64,000 nt of DNA, taken from sequence record OR352954; one strand, 5' to 3'. The number at the start of each line of letters is the position of its first letter. The first letter of the stretch is position 1. This document shows positions 27,526 to 37,513 of the stretch, piece by piece. The notes under the pieces were generated by a model that saw only the letters and a list, made by a program, of their open reading frames with translations, was not told the DNA's origin and did not search any database. This DNA is from Escherichia phage AV124. A program made the translations under genes and the position numbers.

Positions 27526-28713
27526 ATGAGCGTAGTAAACGAATACAAAGACCCAATGTCCGGCAAAGTAAACCACTTCGCAAAAGGCAGCATCAAATTC
27601 ATCAGCATCAAACCCGTGAAGAATGCTGATCAAGATGGTATTAAGCGTACCCACATCCCTGCACGTAACGGTCAACCTGCTAAGGTGATTGAAGCCACCC
27701 ACACTATCAGCTTTTTAATGCAGGAAGTTGATGCGGATAATAACGTGGTAGACCCACAGAGCCAAGGCGATTGGATTGGTATGGGTGAGAAGAAACTTCA
27801 CGCCAGCCACACGGATAAGGTTCAGGTCAAGTTTGATTCCGGTTATAAAGATATTCTAGCTGGCATGGTTGTATCTTTCCCGCTGAAAGTCTCTAAGAAT
27901 GGGGATAAAACCTATATCAACGGCACTTTAAGCGGTAAGACATTCAACATTCTGGATGAAAGCAAAGCGGGCCAAGCTGCCCCTCGTCAACAGCAGTCTT
28001 CTGCCCAGGCAGCACAGTCGGGCGGTGGTGTTAAGATCTATGGTGAGATTACCGAAATCGTAGGTAATCTGGCGACTGTTAATGACGAGAAGAACGGCCC
28101 CGGCGGTGTAGTTCTTTCCGATGAACAACTGGCACAGGTATCTGTTGGTGGACGAATGACTGCCTTTGTGGATATGTCTAACGGTAACATCCTGAATGGA
28201 TTCAAAGCTTACGGCCCCGCAGGTCAGAACAACGGCGGTTCTGGTGGTAAAAAGAGTGGTGGGTACGACCAATTTGGTGTTGAAACAGGGCACGCCATTA
28301 ACGGTCTGAAAGAGTTGATGGGTGCTGGTTATAAAGTGAAGGATGAGCTGGAGACAGCTAAAGCCATTCACCGTGCCACATTGGATATGAAAGCGTTCGT
28401 TGCGGAGCGTACTGGTAAGCCAGTCGATTCTAACCCGGTTGGTGCAAGTGCAGGCAACGCAATTCTGGTTGCATGTAGCCGTTTCAATGCTAAGTCAGAT
28501 GTTTCTGAAGCAACGATTCTGAACGCAGCCAAAGATGTGTATACAAAGCTCTCTGAGCCGCTTTATACGTTCATTAGTGAAAGTGCCAAGGGTGCCGATC
28601 AAACTCCGTCACAGCCCGTCCAGGAGCGTTTAACGACACCTCCTGCCCAAGAGGCGCCCGCTATGGATTTTGATGAGCCACCGATGGACTGGGACGAAGA
28701 AATACCGTTTTGA
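27526..28713 (+). CDS. single-stranded DNA-binding protein-like, with E. coli SSB-type acidic C-terminal tip
   Basis: C-terminus 'EPPMDWDEEIPF*' (cf. E. coli SSB '...EPPMDFDDDIPF'); Gly/Gln-rich linker 'GPAGQNNGGSGGKKSGG'; ATG 27526. Confidence 0.55.
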   Translation: MSVVNEYKDPMSGKVNHFAKGSIKFISIKPVKNADQDGIKRTHIPARNGQPAKVIEATHTISFLMQEVDADNNVVDPQSQGDWIGMGEKKLHASHTDKVQVKFDSGYKDILAGMVVSFPLKVSKNGDKTYINGTLSGKTFNILDESKAGQAAPRQQQSSAQAAQSGGGVKIYGEITEIVGNLATVNDEKNGPGGVVLSDEQLAQVSVGGRMTAFVDMSNGNILNGFKAYGPAGQNNGGSGGKKSGGYDQFGVETGHAINGLKELMGAGYKVKDELETAKAIHRATLDMKAFVAERTGKPVDSNPVGASAGNAILVACSRFNAKSDVSEATILNAAKDVYTKLSEPLYTFISESAKGADQTPSQPVQERLTTPPAQEAPAMDFDEPPMDWDEEIPF

Positions 28714-29141
28714 TAATGAAAAGATGTTCTAATTGTGGGGCTGAAAAGCCCCTTGAACAATTTCAGATCAGGAGGGCTTCTAAGGATGGATATACCGCAT
28801 CGTGCAAGATTTGTCTTAAGGAACGCGACCGAATCAGGGACCAAGATCCTGAACGTAAAGCAATGAAAGAACGATACGTTAAAGGTATCGGAAGAGAAGC
28901 GGCAGCACGAGCAAAGCGGAAGTATATCGAGAAGAATCCGAAGAAGAGATCTGTGCATATAAAAACAGGTAATGCGATCCGTGACGGCAAGATATTTAAA
29001 CAGCCTTGTGAAGTTTGCGGAAGTGAAAATGTACAAGCTCATCATTGTGATTACGATAAACCTTTAGAGGTTATGTGGCTATGTCCTATTCATCATGAAG
29101 AGTGGCACAGGCAATACGGCGAGGCAAAGAACGCTATATAA
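28710..29141 (+). CDS. HNH endonuclease (Cys-rich, zinc-binding type)
   Basis: 'CSNCG...CKIC' and 'CEVCGSENVQAHHCDYDKPLEVMWLCPIHHEEWH'. Confidence 0.65.
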   Translation: MIMKRCSNCGAEKPLEQFQIRRASKDGYTASCKICLKERDRIRDQDPERKAMKERYVKGIGREAAARAKRKYIEKNPKKRSVHIKTGNAIRDGKIFKQPCEVCGSENVQAHHCDYDKPLEVMWLCPIHHEEWHRQYGEAKNAI

Positions 29142-29147
29142 AAGAAA

Positions 29148-29172
29148 AGGCTCCCAAATGGGAGCCTTTTTT
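29148..29172. terminator. bidirectional intrinsic terminator between convergent gene blocks
   Basis: AAGGCTCCC-AAAT-GGGAGCCTT hairpin flanked by A-run on one side and T-run on the other. Confidence 0.6.
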
Positions 29173-29173
29173 A

Positions 29174-30934
29174 TTACGGTCTTTGATAGACAGCTACATC
29201 ATAGACAGTCCCTCTTCCACAATAGGTTACTTGTAGAATTGTAACTGAATTTGCAGTAGTGCTGATCGTACCACCATTTATGATTTTATAAGATGCATCA
29301 AGGGTGACGGCATGTCCGCCAGTTGCATCCTGGAACAGATAGATCGTGGCAGTAAAAGCACTACCAAGATTTGCCCAAGGCCCGATAGTTAAAGTATTTG
29401 TCACATCTACGTTGTAGATGTTATTCATCTTCGTCAGATCAGAGCCTGTCCCTCCTGGTGTCCAAGTTGTTCCTGCGGAAGGTGTGGTAACAGAACCAGG
29501 GGTTGTTCCTACAAAATTCGCAGTGACCTTAGGAGCCGTTGCTTCACCCGTAATAACGAGGGATGCACCTTTTAGAGACCCGTATGCCTCTATTGTGGTG
29601 GTTGCCAGAACGGAGTTAGGGTTAATGTCCTTCCCGTTGACATCAACAGAAACGCCCGTTAGAGTACCAAGTACGTTAAGATTGTTTACAGTTGTTGTGC
29701 CTGTCCCACCATTATTAAGGTTGGCGTTTCCAGTAACTGTAAGGTTGGTGCTTACCGTAGCTGCCCCAGTAACTGCAAGCAGGCCCGTGATGGAGAGGTT
29801 TCCTGCAACAGAGCTAGCACTACCGGCTGTAAATCCCCCAGTTAATGTGCTGTTTCCATCGACTGTTAATGAACTTACTACGCCTAAATTCTGAATAGAG
29901 GCACTTCCGAGAGTTGTTACACCGTTTACAGTTAGATCAGACCCTATCTCGGCTGTTGTCGTTGTGGCAATAGAGTTGGGGAGAATGTCTAAGCCATCAA
30001 CACCGACATTGACACCGGACAACGAACCCGTTACTCTTACGTTTTCAAGTTCTGTCGTTCCGGTTACCTTAAGTCTTGGTTCCGTAGAGGCCTTGGAAGA
30101 GTTCCCTCGGATATACACATAGTCGAAGGTGTTATTACCGACACCAGTTAATGACATTGTGGTGTTATCTGCACTAGCTGTCCCATTCACAATAACTGCG
30201 GAAGTCAGATTATTGGTTTGAACAGAGTTCGGAGATATGATAGTCTTCAGATAGTTAGAGGCAGCGGTGTAGTCAAAAGAAAGAGTGGCAGTTTGTCCAG
30301 ATAACGAAATTTTCTGGAATTTACCAAGCACACCAGAGGCATCAAGCGTCCCACCAAATTGGGATGTCCCAGAAACAACCAATGTGTTAAGGGTTGAAGC
30401 ACCAACCACCGTAAGAGCAGCATAACTTGGAGAAGACCCAGCAAGAGAATTGATCGCTGCTGCGACAGCCAAGTTGACAAATGCAGTTGTCGCTATTGCA
30501 CCACTATTACTTCCCTGAGCAGGGGTAGGCGCTGTCGGAGAACCGACAAATGCAGGGGTATTAAGAGGTGCAAATTTTTCAGAAACTACAACGGAGTCAT
30601 TATAAACTTTCCAAGCGGTGCTTGTGGACGGATCGGCAGGTAAAGTGATAGGTGTAGATGGTGACGCTCCTGGGGCATACCACCAGAAAGTCCCTGCTGA
30701 ATTGGTGAAGGAATACAGTTGATTAAAAACTGTCGCCTGTGTACCAGCCACCCAAGGTTGTGGTGGTGTTTTAAAATACACATTGTCAAGAAGCGCTTTA
30801 CGTAATGTTGGAATCGTGCTACCATCTTCTACAATAACAGTGTCGATCGCCGATCCGTTGACCACCTTATGGAGACGCTCAGAATCCTCGATAACCTGAT
30901 CCACAGCCTGTTCAAATTGTGTTGTATCAGCCAT
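29174..30934 (-). CDS. tail fibre protein (long, repeat-rich)
   Basis: 586 aa, Thr/Ser/Gly/Asn/Val-rich beta-repeat composition typical of fibre shafts; last gene of late block. Confidence 0.55.
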   Translation of the reverse strand: MADTTQFEQAVDQVIEDSERLHKVVNGSAIDTVIVEDGSTIPTLRKALLDNVYFKTPPQPWVAGTQATVFNQLYSFTNSAGTFWWYAPGASPSTPITLPADPSTSTAWKVYNDSVVVSEKFAPLNTPAFVGSPTAPTPAQGSNSGAIATTAFVNLAVAAAINSLAGSSPSYAALTVVGASTLNTLVVSGTSQFGGTLDASGVLGKFQKISLSGQTATLSFDYTAASNYLKTIISPNSVQTNNLTSAVIVNGTASADNTTMSLTGVGNNTFDYVYIRGNSSKASTEPRLKVTGTTELENVRVTGSLSGVNVGVDGLDILPNSIATTTTAEIGSDLTVNGVTTLGSASIQNLGVVSSLTVDGNSTLTGGFTAGSASSVAGNLSITGLLAVTGAATVSTNLTVTGNANLNNGGTGTTTVNNLNVLGTLTGVSVDVNGKDINPNSVLATTTIEAYGSLKGASLVITGEATAPKVTANFVGTTPGSVTTPSAGTTWTPGGTGSDLTKMNNIYNVDVTNTLTIGPWANLGSAFTATIYLFQDATGGHAVTLDASYKIINGGTISTTANSVTILQVTYCGRGTVYDVAVYQRP

Positions 30935-30945
30935 TTAAGGTCTCC

Positions 30946-31221
30946 TTATTTAATTTCTTGTTTATCTTCATCTTCCGCTGCCTTTATAGCTAAACCCCAG
31001 CGAAGTGAGATTAGCTTGCTTATAAGTTGTGGAGCTGCTACAGTAGGTGCATATACCCACATGTACCATTCTGTAAGGGTTCCTTTAAATCCCCAGTACA
31101 GGAAAACAGCCGTCATGGATGCCAGACCTATATTGCTCCAAAACTTGGTATGTGAGGCCTTATCAGGGTCTATAGGGGACCTGACTAAGTCCTTTAGGAA
31201 CTTCATTATTCGAGTTGGCAT
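30946..31221 (-). CDS. small membrane protein (holin-like?)
   Basis: ATG 31221 (MPTRIMKF...) within track ORF; hydrophobic 'IGLASMTAVFLYWGF'. Confidence 0.3.
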   Translation of the reverse strand: MPTRIMKFLKDLVRSPIDPDKASHTKFWSNIGLASMTAVFLYWGFKGTLTEWYMWVYAPTVAAPQLISKLISLRWGLAIKAAEDEDKQEIK

Positions 31222-31234
31222 TTTACCTCGGGGA

Positions 31235-31708
31235 TCAATGAGTGAAGAATGGTAATGCCCTGGCAATCACCAACAGGCTTATGACAGTTGCAGTTTTTAT
31301 CCATTCCTTTATCGTCGTGTCTTTAAAATTTGCACAAAGTATGATAATTTCCATCCAAGTTTGGTAGGAAGAATTTATTACAAAATCAAAGAGTCCGGGG
31401 ATTATTAACGGAAACTGCATGGATATTATCTGGCAGAAGAGAATTGGCACTGCTACAGAGAGTGTTAGCTTTTTCTTCCATCCCGATAATATACACGCAG
31501 CACCAAAGATAAAAGAGATATCTAGGAACCAACATAGATTAAGGTAAAGAGATAGATCGAAAAACTGGGTGTTTGAAGAAAACCACCATAGGAGGGTATT
31601 CTCAAGAAAGATATGGACCATGCCAAAAACAGACATGATCCTTATACCTTTGTCAGAATGAAACAACAAAATAATAAAGCACAGAAAATAGAATACTGAG
31701 CTTATCAT
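31235..31708 (-). CDS. polytopic membrane protein in an AT-rich segment
   Basis: 157 aa with at least 4 hydrophobic helices; local GC visibly lower than flanks. Confidence 0.4.
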   Translation of the reverse strand: MISSVFYFLCFIILLFHSDKGIRIMSVFGMVHIFLENTLLWWFSSNTQFFDLSLYLNLCWFLDISFIFGAACILSGWKKKLTLSVAVPILFCQIISMQFPLIIPGLFDFVINSSYQTWMEIIILCANFKDTTIKEWIKTATVISLLVIARALPFFTH

Positions 31709-32019
31709 TTTGCGGATCTTTCCATTAACATCTGGAATTGCTTGGTGAGGTCTGTTCTTAAATCACCAACATCTCCCTTGATGTCCCTTCTAAGATCGGA
31801 AACATCATCCCTAATCGCTTTTAGCTTTTTATCTAAGATATCATCCAGCTTTTCTTTAGTGACCATTTCGGCCCTTATACGGATGATATCTTTGTCAAGC
31901 TCATCAAGGCGCTCTTGAGTCTTTTTGTAATCCGAGTACGTTATTCTTAGGACTCCGATCAGGACAAAGGTAATAACCCCCCAGACCGCCTTCAGGATAG
32001 CAAACAGGTCAATAGACAT
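31705..32019 (-). CDS. membrane-anchored coiled-coil protein (i-spanin-like architecture)
   Basis: N-terminal TM 'LFAILKAVWGVITFVLIGVL' then charged heptad-like region. Confidence 0.35.
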   Translation of the reverse strand: MSIDLFAILKAVWGVITFVLIGVLRITYSDYKKTQERLDELDKDIIRIRAEMVTKEKLDDILDKKLKAIRDDVSDLRRDIKGDVGDLRTDLTKQFQMLMERSAK

Positions 32020-32028
32020 AGTGCCCCC

Positions 32029-32508
32029 TTAGGCTGTCTGCGGAAGCTCTGGTTGAGGGTCTCCCTTGGTCCATCCTCTGAGATCGATGATATATTTCTT
32101 CATTGTCTCAACCTTATCTTCTTCACCCAGTGCAGCGTAAGTTGATAGCAGTATCGCGGCCCTTTGGAAAAGTCCTTGTTTCTTATTTTCAAAGATTCTG
32201 TCTTCCATCCACTCCACTTTTTCGAACTCTTCACCGTTAAAGATATGAGTTCTATTAGAGAAATCACTTGGGAGAGAATCTACAAGACGAAAGTAACAAT
32301 CTTCCGGGAAGAATTTGGTCGGGTCCGTATCTGCCATATAGACCTGACCGTTAGAATCGTATTGAATATATAGGCCTTTTTGTTTTTCTTTTAATTGAGA
32401 TACAAAATCGTACCAATCTTGACCGTTCTCATCTTTTAGATATAAGGCGCCAGGAACCGCAACCTTTTCTGGAGAATATCTAACCCATTTCATATCAGTT
32501 ATTTTCAT
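32029..32508 (-). CDS. putative tail fibre assembly protein
   Basis: Start overlaps stop of upstream fibre gene (TAATG); position and size typical of Tfa chaperones. Confidence 0.35.
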   Translation of the reverse strand: MKITDMKWVRYSPEKVAVPGALYLKDENGQDWYDFVSQLKEKQKGLYIQYDSNGQVYMADTDPTKFFPEDCYFRLVDSLPSDFSNRTHIFNGEEFEKVEWMEDRIFENKKQGLFQRAAILLSTYAALGEEDKVETMKKYIIDLRGWTKGDPQPELPQTA

Positions 32509-33554
32509 TAAAGCCCCACTGTATACCAAATGCCATCAAGAGCTTTCTGTAAAAATCTGAACCTTATCTCATCAATGTCGTGAAGATAAACATCTCCGCT
32601 GGCGTTCGCATCAATCAGGCCAGTCAATACAGAGCCGTCAGGTCCACGCGCGAAACGTCCACCTGGACCATAATTCTCAAAATCAACGTTGACTTTGTTT
32701 TGTTCTCCACTCCAACGAATGTCAGAAACCCCAATACTGATATGAAGATCACCATTGGCATTTGCAGCGGTACTATTTACTGCACGAACAATGGATCTTC
32801 CACCAACGGTTGCGTTGTTGGAGTTTACTACGAGGTTTTGTAACGTAGCTGTACCACTAACACCAAGACTGGTTGTCTGAATATTACCACCATTATTAAT
32901 GGTTGTCGATGCTAAGGTTCCTGTAGTCATCGTACCTGTGGCTGTAATATTACCCTGGACCCTTAACAGCGCAGTGTTTGTACCAGTTGCATTAAGCTCC
33001 ATCATGTTGAATGGTGAAACTGTAGCAGAGTTGTTTACAGGAACAAAGCGGAACCTCATGATATCAACATTAGATTGTCCAGCTACACCCGGATTATCAC
33101 CAATTACAAAATCCAAATAGGTTTGGTCAGTACCTAAGGTGGTTGTGATGTGTGCAGTATCGCTTGCATCAGATGGGAAGGTAATACGCGGAACAGTCAA
33201 AGGACCTGTCATCGTGTCACCTTCAACATTCACATAACGATTATCCCCTTCAGCTTTACTATAGACCTCTAGATTAGTACGAGCTGTGGCCTTATTCTCC
33301 ACATCACTTAAGTTCTGGTCTTTTCTTAAATAATCGGCTGCCATACCAGGAATTTGCTCAGTGGAAATGTAAGACATCCACCAAGTCATCATGTTAAGAA
33401 CATAGTTAAGTTCTTCACAAGCGGGTTTCTCACCCAAATCCCAACCCTTATCCCAAAGATCAGCGATAGGGGAGATTTTATTTGCAGTATGAGCATTAGG
33501 TAACACGACGTCACTTTCAGCCCATATCTGAAGAGGAATAGTAGGAATTGCCAT
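32508..33554 (-). CDS. tail fibre protein
   Basis: 'GDNRYVNVEGDTMTGPL' motif typical of phage tail fibres; repetitive Thr/Asn/Gly shaft. Confidence 0.6.
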   Translation of the reverse strand: MAIPTIPLQIWAESDVVLPNAHTANKISPIADLWDKGWDLGEKPACEELNYVLNMMTWWMSYISTEQIPGMAADYLRKDQNLSDVENKATARTNLEVYSKAEGDNRYVNVEGDTMTGPLTVPRITFPSDASDTAHITTTLGTDQTYLDFVIGDNPGVAGQSNVDIMRFRFVPVNNSATVSPFNMMELNATGTNTALLRVQGNITATGTMTTGTLASTTINNGGNIQTTSLGVSGTATLQNLVVNSNNATVGGRSIVRAVNSTAANANGDLHISIGVSDIRWSGEQNKVNVDFENYGPGGRFARGPDGSVLTGLIDANASGDVYLHDIDEIRFRFLQKALDGIWYTVGL

Positions 33555-33563
33555 GATTCTCCC

Positions 33564-34193
33564 TTATAATAGTGTGTTCTCTTCTTCGGAGGTATAGATA
33601 AGACTGGATAGGCCACCAGGCCCTGTTCGCGATGTGCTTACAGACCCAAAACCAATTGCATAGGAATCGTTTTTAAACCCAAAAGGTAGCCCTTCTGATT
33701 TTACCAGTCGAAGGTACGTAGGCATAGGGAGCATATCTTTTATTTCTTGTATAGCTGTTTCTATCTCGAAACAGCTATTAAAGATATTGATATCAAAACG
33801 ATAATTATCACCTTTGTAAGTGGTAAAATTCTCGGCTCCGAAGAGTTGCTTCAGCGTCCCAATTACCTCAGGCCTGGTCCCGTGTTTAGCTGTGCTTGAG
33901 AGCAGGATTGTGATAATGGCACGATAATTCATATCACTCAAGCCATTTCTGTCAATTCCCACTTGAGCACCAATCTCATCCAAGTTGACTCCTCCGGCAT
34001 TCTGGAGGAGACGCCCTTCTGCAAGATTGACCATCATCTCATCTACAGCCTTCATTCGTTCCAGATACACGGATAAAAATTTTACAAGGTTTTCTTTTTC
34101 CCGTAAAAAGTCCCCCGGCAGGTAGTCAATACCGTCCGAAACGAAATCATCCAATGGATGGATGTGGTTGACATCTTTTATCGTATCTGCCAT
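33564..34193 (-). CDS. baseplate protein (gpI/XkdU-like position)
   Basis: Position between baseplate J-like gene and tail fibre. Confidence 0.35.
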   Translation of the reverse strand: MADTIKDVNHIHPLDDFVSDGIDYLPGDFLREKENLVKFLSVYLERMKAVDEMMVNLAEGRLLQNAGGVNLDEIGAQVGIDRNGLSDMNYRAIITILLSSTAKHGTRPEVIGTLKQLFGAENFTTYKGDNYRFDINIFNSCFEIETAIQEIKDMLPMPTYLRLVKSEGLPFGFKNDSYAIGFGSVSTSRTGPGGLSSLIYTSEEENTLL

Positions 34194-34201
34194 AATCCCT
34201 C

Positions 34202-35695
34202 TTAGATTATCTGTAGGAATGTAATATTATCAGTGTCGATAGAGAATACCTCATCCATCCCTGCAACAACATCAGAGGTTGTATAGGAAGTATCAGGATC
34301 TCCGACGTTCTTGACATCCACATAAAGTTGTGTAAATCTACCAGCAGAGATAGAAGAACCTACAGCAGATACAAGCTGGATGTTGTATAAAGTGTCAGCA
34401 ATGTTAAGCGGGTCAATAACACCTTTGAGGGCGGACTTTATAGTATCCTGTTCAGTGGTTGAGAGGACCTTTCCTTTATAACGGACACGGATAGCCAAAT
34501 CCCGTGCCTGTGCTTTACTGTGATAAATTCGTTCTGTCTGATTATCCTCAGTAGGGACATCATAAAAAACATTACCATAGGTAGCGTTAGACAAAGCAAT
34601 TGAATTATAAAGTGCCTTGCTAATATCTTCAGTAGACCCACCATACACCACGGTCTCAAACTTGTACGGTGGTATTCCATTCTGGTCTGTAGTCCCTGTG
34701 TTATTTGAGAAGATTTTAACCTTACTTACACCACTCACCCCAAGGACAGCACTCACCACCGCAGGTCTGGTCGCAGCCGCACTCGATGCTGTTGTGTTAG
34801 AAGCCCTGACCTTGTATTCGGTGTCGGTCTCAACATCTGTACCCTCTGTGAAGGCATTCATGTTGTTAAGGCTGATGAACCCACCCGGTGTTGGGGAAAT
34901 CGAGGTTACGGTGTTTTTCTCTCTCGACAGTTCACCTGCCTCAACAGCAACAACATCCATTGTGATTGTACGTTCACCAACAATTGGTGATGTCCTGAAA
35001 TCAACACGGCTATTAAGGCCGATCATTTCAAGATTAGTATCATACCCAATGTACAATGCCCCGTTTTGAGAGTCAATGATGATCCTATCATTATTAAGCT
35101 CGGAGGTATTGTTGACAATAAAGCTCTTGACAGAGGCCATGAAAGTGTTAAGCTGAGAGCTATTAGGTGTTTTATTGGTCAACTGAAGAGTTGTTTGACT
35201 TGTGGTTCCGGTGTTTTGATTATTGATCTGGAAACTATAAGTACCTACAACCCAGTCCTTATTGAGAATTTTTTGTGCCAGTATGTTACCTGCAAGGGTG
35301 GTGTCGTCATTTAATACAAATGTACCACTATCAAGTGTGTATGTGTTTTGGGCATATACCATGTTGTAAGGGACAGTATTATTAACTGTCATCTCAACAG
35401 ATCCTGAACTTTTTGTCTTCCCTCGACGATAAACACCTCTTCGGGAAAGCAGCTCATCAAGATAAATCCCCTCAGCCCCTGCAAGGGTCTGAGCCGAATA
35501 AACTGACGCTGCCAGAAGGATAATCTGATATTCCCTTTCGTTGAAAATTGTTGTCAACTTGTCAGCAATTGTGTTAGTTTGCGTGTTGAAATTTTCACCA
35601 AAAGTTCTAATGAGGGTCTGTTTTGTGTCTGCGATAAGGTCATCAAGAGAGGGGATAGTGAAACCGTAATCGCTCAATCCATATTGAGTTGCCAA
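34202..35695 (-). CDS. baseplate wedge protein, gpJ/gp6-like
   Basis: 497 aa; position and size consistent with Baseplate_J family. Confidence 0.45.
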   Translation of the reverse strand: MATQYGLSDYGFTIPSLDDLIADTKQTLIRTFGENFNTQTNTIADKLTTIFNEREYQIILLAASVYSAQTLAGAEGIYLDELLSRRGVYRRGKTKSSGSVEMTVNNTVPYNMVYAQNTYTLDSGTFVLNDDTTLAGNILAQKILNKDWVVGTYSFQINNQNTGTTSQTTLQLTNKTPNSSQLNTFMASVKSFIVNNTSELNNDRIIIDSQNGALYIGYDTNLEMIGLNSRVDFRTSPIVGERTITMDVVAVEAGELSREKNTVTSISPTPGGFISLNNMNAFTEGTDVETDTEYKVRASNTTASSAAATRPAVVSAVLGVSGVSKVKIFSNNTGTTDQNGIPPYKFETVVYGGSTEDISKALYNSIALSNATYGNVFYDVPTEDNQTERIYHSKAQARDLAIRVRYKGKVLSTTEQDTIKSALKGVIDPLNIADTLYNIQLVSAVGSSISAGRFTQLYVDVKNVGDPDTSYTTSDVVAGMDEVFSIDTDNITFLQII

Positions 35696-35787
35696 TTCGT
35701 CCTCCTTTCAGGACCATGATTCTTTTGTATATTTTACCATACGCGGCAGTGTTTTGCAAATAAAGGGGAAGAAGCTACAAATGAAAA

Positions 35788-35807
35788 AACCACCCCGAAG
35801 GGTGGTT
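35788..35807 (-). terminator. intrinsic terminator (minus strand)
   Basis: AACCACCC-CGAA-GGGTGGTT hairpin overlapping stop of upstream gene, followed on minus strand by TTTTTT. Confidence 0.5.
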
Positions 35808-36639
35808 AGTTGCCGGACAAAGAGTCTTCCAAGGCTGAAAGGCGCTTGTCAAGATCCTCCTGCACCGCTATTGTTGCTCTAAGTATCCAGAATAAAAGCT
35901 CTTCTTTTCTGAAAGCGTACTCCTCGCCTGCTGGGTTATCACCATTAGCTTCCCACTTATCATAGCAAAATGCTGAGTATTTCGTCCAATCAAGACCATA
36001 CTTAAGCATAATCTTGATAGCATCTTGTACAGTAGGTCCCGAATGGAGTCTAGCTAAACCTTTTTCAGAAGAGTATTTTGCCAACCATTGCCAGACAGAG
36101 TCTAGTTTTCCAATCTCATAGAACGCTTTTACTTCTGCGGTTGAAATTTGGCGAAGGTTGGTTTTCTTTTTCTTATTGGAAGTAGAAATCACACTATTCA
36201 CAGCATAAACTTGATTCCAACGAAGAGCTGTAGTACCGTTTGAAATAAAGTTATCCCGCTTAGGGTAAAATGCTGCTAATGATGTAGATATCTGGACACC
36301 ATAAGATCTTTGCACTGGGCTTATAGATATTGTATCTGCATATGTCCCAACTTCGTTTCCAGAGGTGGCAAAATAATACCCATTAGATAGATTTTGCCAC
36401 TTGTTTGAAAGACTGTCCAGAACTTGCTGGACAGTTGATCCTGAATGTGTCCCGACCAAAGAGGCCCCTGAGACATCCATGATATCACCTTTCTTTAAGA
36501 TTCCAATATCAGAAATGAACTTACTAATAGTGGTTTTTTCTGTATCAACAGATGACTGGATGATTAGCTCATCAGTATCTGATACCAACACCTTATCAGA
36601 AAGATTTCTTATCTTAATGACTGGCAAATCAATTGACAT
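35806..36639 (-). CDS. tail fibre with shared N-terminal anchor motif and C-terminal intramolecular-chaperone-like domain
   Basis: ATG 36639 (MSIDLPVIKIRNL...) after SD; N-terminus paralogous to four other tail proteins; C-terminus resembles S74-type chaperone domains. Confidence 0.45.
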   Translation of the reverse strand: MSIDLPVIKIRNLSDKVLVSDTDELIIQSSVDTEKTTISKFISDIGILKKGDIMDVSGASLVGTHSGSTVQQVLDSLSNKWQNLSNGYYFATSGNEVGTYADTISISPVQRSYGVQISTSLAAFYPKRDNFISNGTTALRWNQVYAVNSVISTSNKKKKTNLRQISTAEVKAFYEIGKLDSVWQWLAKYSSEKGLARLHSGPTVQDAIKIMLKYGLDWTKYSAFCYDKWEANGDNPAGEEYAFRKEELLFWILRATIAVQEDLDKRLSALEDSLSGN

Positions 36640-36700
36640 ATTAACCTCGTTTTTAAGTCCCTCGTGACACGAAACGGATTTCTTTAAAGCCCCGTAACCG

Positions 36701-37501
36701 TTAGGCTGCAATCTTGCCAATCCGCTCCATCAGATATGCAAAAATCACATCCTGGGCACTAGTCCCGTAGGAATACAGACCAGGTATCACTATTGCATCT
36801 GACAGTACAGACGTCAGAGGTGAAACAGACCCATCTCCTGCTCCGCCCAAATTCATTTTTTGAGACGTGGTGTATTCAGGTATCGTATAGCCAGTCACCT
36901 GTCTGGTTGTTACCGCAGACTGGTCAGACCTTTGGTATGCAATAGCGTAAGCCCCTGTATTTTTGTTAGAACACATAACCACGGCGCAAAACAGACCAGC
37001 CCCCATATTTGATGGAGTGAAAGGGACATCTGGCTGTGTGCCACCATTAAAAAACACAGGGAAACTACCAGATGAAGTTGTGCGAATACCAACCCCATGA
37101 GGTGTTGTTTCTTGGGTTGCGATGGCTATCCTATCTGTCGGGGCTGATGATAATGCACCTGAAGGCAACTGGTAGATGAAGGCGAACGTATTGATGTTTG
37201 CGTCCATAACCACTTCGGTATCACCAGCCATACCGGATGCACCGGAGAAATTAATCCCCTGCAAAACAGGCCCATTCAGCTTTGTGGATGGCTCGAGGCC
37301 TGACTGGGAATTGAATTTTCCACCATCTACCCGGTTTGCGAGTGCGGAAACTTTTTGCCCGATCCCTAGTTTGATAAAATCAACCGTTGCAGGCGACCAT
37401 ATAGTGGGGTTTAAATTTGCCAGTGCTATTTCCGCAGCTGTCAAAGAATAAACGGGAAGCAATGGGTTATTTAACCCTGTGTCAGTGTAAAGAAGGCGCA
37501 T
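36701..37501 (-). CDS. tail-associated protein (putative fibre/adhesin)
   Basis: 266 aa Gly/Ser/Thr-rich; within tailspike cluster. Confidence 0.35.
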   Translation of the reverse strand: MRLLYTDTGLNNPLLPVYSLTAAEIALANLNPTIWSPATVDFIKLGIGQKVSALANRVDGGKFNSQSGLEPSTKLNGPVLQGINFSGASGMAGDTEVVMDANINTFAFIYQLPSGALSSAPTDRIAIATQETTPHGVGIRTTSSGSFPVFFNGGTQPDVPFTPSNMGAGLFCAVVMCSNKNTGAYAIAYQRSDQSAVTTRQVTGYTIPEYTTSQKMNLGGAGDGSVSPLTSVLSDAIVIPGLYSYGTSAQDVIFAYLMERIGKIAA

Positions 37502-37513
37502 TTTTTTTTATCC

